From the NCBI GenBank assembly GCA_964016885.1, contig CAXHJY010000746.1, positions 124,001-188,000 on the forward strand: a stretch of DNA of 64,000 nt, read 5' to 3'. The position numbers and the translations under genes were made by a program. Of the stretch, positions 59,203-64,000 are shown piece after piece (within the stretch, counting starts at the first letter, position 1; each line of letters begins with the position of its first letter). The stretch comes from Eledone cirrhosa (lineage: Eukaryota). The notes under the pieces are model-generated. The model had not been told where the DNA came from and made no database searches. It was given only the letters and a program-made list of their open reading frames with translations.

Positions 59203-62078
59203 CTAAAATACACAGAAAGGGACACCAGCCCACGTTTTTAGGGAGTTCTTTAACTAAAGGTTCTTAGATGACTAAATATATATATATATATATATATAAA
59301 TTGTGTCCCTTACTTCAGCAAGGACAGAAGTGATACCAACCAATGAGGTAAACAGCATGCAGGAGTCTTAACGAGAAAAGACAATTTAAAGTTAATAACA
59401 AATGTTTTGACAATCCAATACGGAGAAATCAAGCTTTGCTAAACATCAATTTTGTACATCTTATAAAGATCCTTTCTATATACCAGGTGTGATTTTCAAA
59501 GCCTTTTTTTAAATCATTTTCCTTATATACATACATATATATATATACACACACACACACACATATATATATACACACGCACACATATATATACATACAT
59601 ACATATCTATATACACACACACATATGCATACATATATATATATATATACACACACACACATATACATACATACACACACCTATATATATATATATATAT
59701 ATATACATACCCACACATATATAAATATATATATACACACATATATATATTTTATAGATTTCCATCATCAGCATCACCAACAACACCACAATAAGACCAC
59801 CACTACACCAATCCCCCACAAGTAACAAAAACCCCATTATAAGACGCCCCCCCCCCCCCCCCACTATCACAGTCGCCCCACCACCACCTCCAAAAAACAA
59901 GACTGTGGTGTGTACTTAGATCTGTAGAAGAGAGGACTCCATGACCTGACTACTTCCTACACACCACCACCACCAGCACTACTACTACTATTACCACCAC
60001 TACACCACACCACCACCACCACTACTACTACCACCACACCACCACCACTACTACTACCACCACCACCACCACTACTACTACTATTACCACCACCACTACT
60101 ACTACCACCACTACTACTACTACCACCACTACACCACACCACCACTACTACCACCACACCACCACCACTACACCACACCACTACTACTATTACCACCACT
60201 ACTACTACTACCACCACTTCACCAGCCTCGCTACACCACCACCCACCACCACTACCTCAGCCTCCCTACATACCACCACTACACCACACCACCACCGCCT
60301 CTTTACCCAAGATGACCTGACCTTCACCTTTTCACTGTCAGTGTATAGTGGAGTGGGGTGGAGTGCTGGTGGTGGTGTGTGTGAGTGTGGGGGGGGGGGG
60401 GCTATATTGGATTTGATGGCACCACCATAACTTCCTTCTCCACCAACATCATCATCATCACAACCATCACATCCTCCATCTTGTCATCACCATCACCACT
60501 ATCATCATCATCACCAACACCAACATCACCATCTCCACCACCATAACTTCCTCCACCACACCCATCTTGCCATCATCATCATCATCAGCTCCCCACCACA
60601 CCCTCCATCTCACCACCACCATTTCCTCCTCCATCTCGCCATTACCATCACCACACCATCATCATCATCATCTCCACAGCCACCACCACCACCACAACCA
60701 CTAACCCACCATCATCTCTCCATATCCACCACCACCATCCTCATTGCCACCCAGAATACCATTCCAACCCCTCAAAAATTCCACTGAGTCATCAGTTTCT
60801 GTGTCATTTCTATACCCCCTCCCCTCCGGCACAACCCATGCCAACACCACCATCACCATTAAATAGTTTAGTCCTAGATACACTATGTCTGATAGCCACT
60901 AATACTAACTACTGTACTGTACATTAGATAATGTAGTCCTAGATACACTATGTCTGATAGCCACTAATACTAACTACTGTACTGTACATTAAATAGTGTA
61001 GTCCTAGATACACTATATCTGGATATAAGAAGCAATGACAAGGTGTTCTGTGCAAGAAAATGTAAAGCCCCACCCCTGGGTATCTCTCCCCCACCCTATA
61101 CCTAACTTCCCACAGCAATGTCAGCCCATGGGTGTCAAGAAGTAGTACACACACTAACCCTTTTTTCTTTCCATTCGCTTTTTATCACTCTCTCTCTCTC
61201 TATTTTTCTATCTGGGCTTTCCTAATGAATTCCTTCGAATGAAACAGTTCTAGTCCTGTAGACGCCATTTCTATATCAAATATTTATACTCTGCTATGTG
61301 TTGAGTACCTTACTTACTGTGGTTACCCCCAATTGAACTCGGGATAAACATATACACACACACACATATATATATATATATAATTGGAAATCAGTAAAAT
61401 TGAATCTCTGGCGGTTTGCAAGTGAATTCGGCCTACTTATATGAAATGATGAGTTAGCAAAGCACTCGATAAGTTAGGTCCTTAGAGTAATAACATACGT
61501 TTAAAAAGCTTGACAAATCGAACATTGTGGTAGGCTAAACTAACACACAATATGTATACCAGAGCAACGATAGCACTAATCAGGTTGAGAATATATATTA
61601 TTTCTGAAGACAGCATATATATGTGTAAAAAATGTGTCAAAAACCTTGATAGTTTGTAAAAATTTTACATAGATCTATATGAGATACACACCAACACACA
61701 CATATATATCCCAGAAACGATCGTAAAATGATGAATTTTTTAATATAAGGAACTGTTTTTGTTTTTATTCATTATTTTTATTAATTTATATATATATATA
61801 TATTTATATATGTGAAAAAATGGGGAGAAGAATACTGCAGGTTGCACATGGATAACATGTAATAAAATGAGTCCCTCATCAGTGATTTGCCGACGATCAT
61901 AGATATTTCATTGCATTAAAAATCATATATATATATATATATGAAGTGTTTCCATAGGAAGGGTAAAGGAAAGAAGAATGCTCTATGTATGCTACAGATT
62001 TCAGACATCTTTGTTGGGCTCGTCTGTCTTCGTGAAACCTTTGGTAAATGGAATAATTGTCTTATGTTGTTTATTACA

Positions 62079-62123
<45 letters not shown>

Positions 62124-62240
62124 GTAGAACACTGTAGGGTTATATCCGTGTTAGTAGAGCACTCAGTCCAGGGGATGAGTTTAGTAGAAGTAGTTCCACA
62201 AAAGTTAATTCCCTATTTCCGAGAACAATTGTTTCACCTA

Positions 62241-62277
<37 letters not shown>

Positions 62278-62449
62278 TCGTTTTTCACCATTTTTCCATG
62301 CTTGCATGGGTCAGACGGGTTGTCTGAGTCAAGAGGCAAGTCTGGCCAAGATTGGCCACAGTACCTTGCTCTCACGGGGACAGTAAATTTGATTGGGGTT
62401 TTTACAGCTGGATGCCCTTCCTAACACCAACCACATTTACAGTTTGTGA

Positions 62450-62483
<34 letters not shown>

Positions 62484-62779
62484 CTTAGATATATGTTTAT
62501 ATATATTTATCTATCGTTATAGGCAGTATCGCTAGAGAGTCGGACGCCATGCTTTCCAGCATAGAGTTACGTCCCTTTACGGTCCGAGTTCAAATCCCAC
62601 CGAGCTTCACTTTGCCTTTCATCCTTACGGGGTCGATAAAATAATGTACTGGGTAATTGCTGGCCTTGTGCCAAAAGTAGAAACAGTTATATATACATGT
62701 AGGGCATCCACACCCGAGTTATGTCAGGATGGGGTGGGAAACCACAGTTTTAAAAAATGTACTCAATACATCAACACAC

Positions 62780-63230
62780 TTCACATCTCTTTGAGAGGAC
62801 TGAGGACAGATGCCTTTCTCTCCGGACAACAATTGATTCCCTTCTTTAAGTATCACTTTAGAAGGAGAATCAGGGTGGAAAGAGAGGCACTGCACCCCAG
62901 TAAATTTACTGAAAGGTGGGTGAATGAAGCGAAAATGGCCCGAGTGATTGGGCCTTCTCTGTTTATAAGCCTGTAGGTTGAGGAAGAGAGCAAAAGGAGG
63001 AAGGGAGCACTTGCACAACACGCTCCTGGAGTTGAGGGTTGTTCTATCGACGGGGTATTAAACAACCCATTTGTGGCGCCTCCCCCCTATTGGGGATTTC
63101 GATTGTTGAAATTCTTTGTTTTTATATTTTTTACACGACTGTATGTAAAATCCCCGGCATGTCTTTGTATTGTCCCCTTTTCTAGTTGCGGCCTTGTGGC
63201 TAATAAAGAAATCTATCTATCTAATAAAGA
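62780..63230 (+). mobile_element. L1/Tx1-like LINE 3' fragment (ORF2 C-terminus plus 3' UTR)
   Basis: Encodes LRGLRTDAFLSGQQLIPFFKYHFRRRIRVEREALHPSKFTERWVNEAKMARV, then a pyrimidine-rich UTR ending in aataaagaaa. Clade assignment is from recall only. Confidence 0.55.
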
Positions 63231-63557
63231 AACTTATCTAACCTCCTTCTTGAAGGAAGTTCAACCACGGAAACATCCCAGTACACTTGACATCAGGAAA
63301 TACCATCAGCCAGTCAGTCTGTCTATCTCCATCTGTCACTATGGGGTCACACCAACTGCCAGAAAGAGCAGCTAAATTTCCCTCCCGCGGGTCACACTGT
63401 CTTCAAAAAGGACAGGGACCTGTGTTTTCGTTACAGAAATCACAAGGACTAAAAAAGGGATGGATGGATGGTCATGCAAGGAACGTCATGATTGTTTGTT
63501 TGTAGGTCTCTCCAGCCAGGACTGACCTAGGGTTAAATATATATATATTATATATAA

Positions 63558-63588
<31 letters not shown>

Positions 63589-63679
63589 ATATATAAATAT
63601 ATATATATATTATAAATATATATATATTATATATTATATATATATATACATACACACACATATACGTATATATATATAC

Positions 63680-63731
<52 letters not shown>

Positions 63732-63850
63732 GCATACAATATATGTTATTGTCGTTTGTATATACACATGATTCTACGAGACATTGTTGTGTATATACAT
63801 ACATTCATACACACATATATATGCATACATACACGTATATACATATATAT

Positions 63851-63881
<31 letters not shown>

Positions 63882-64000
63882 CACATACATACATATATAT
63901 ATATATACACATACATACACGTATATACATATACACACACATATATATATATATATATACACATACATACACGTATATAATATATATACACACACGTATA

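Noticed and set aside
59915-60340. Splice-like sites at ~59922 and ~60307-60335 on the minus strand
   Set aside because: Could not build a consistent, recognisable reading frame.
61595-61900. CTGAAGA (+, ~61603) and CTGATGA (-, ~61877) as hammerheads
   Set aside because: No correctly placed GAAA or stems; at most decayed remnants.

Overview
Eukaryotic, extremely microsatellite-rich DNA ((TA)n, (CA)n, (GTG)n, (GTA)n, (GA)n). The repeat content (CORE-like and Nin-like tRNA SINEs, RTE and Tx1-like LINE 3' ends) suggests an octopod cephalopod; that is inference only. The main gene is a minus-strand bifunctional PAPS synthase (PAPSS: APS kinase + ATP sulfurylase). Eight phase-consistent GT-AG exons lie between 22452 and 1211, the 3' exons continue off the left edge, and a candidate first exon lies at ~39.0 kb. 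Two more minus-strand exon-like segments (59143-59202, 46540-46575) may be the 3' end of an unidentified upstream gene. Nearly all long ORFs in the track are microsatellite artefacts. Two patterns stand out. (1) Many short, ORF-less fold-back elements sit in (TA)n tracts and carry type I hammerhead-ribozyme folds, some canonical and some with core variants; they resemble Penelope-like pLTRs. (2) Tandem repeats are seeded on PAPSS splice junctions and create decoy donors, acceptors and partial exons, many of them apparently disabled. Folds, alignments and coordinates were worked out by eye.
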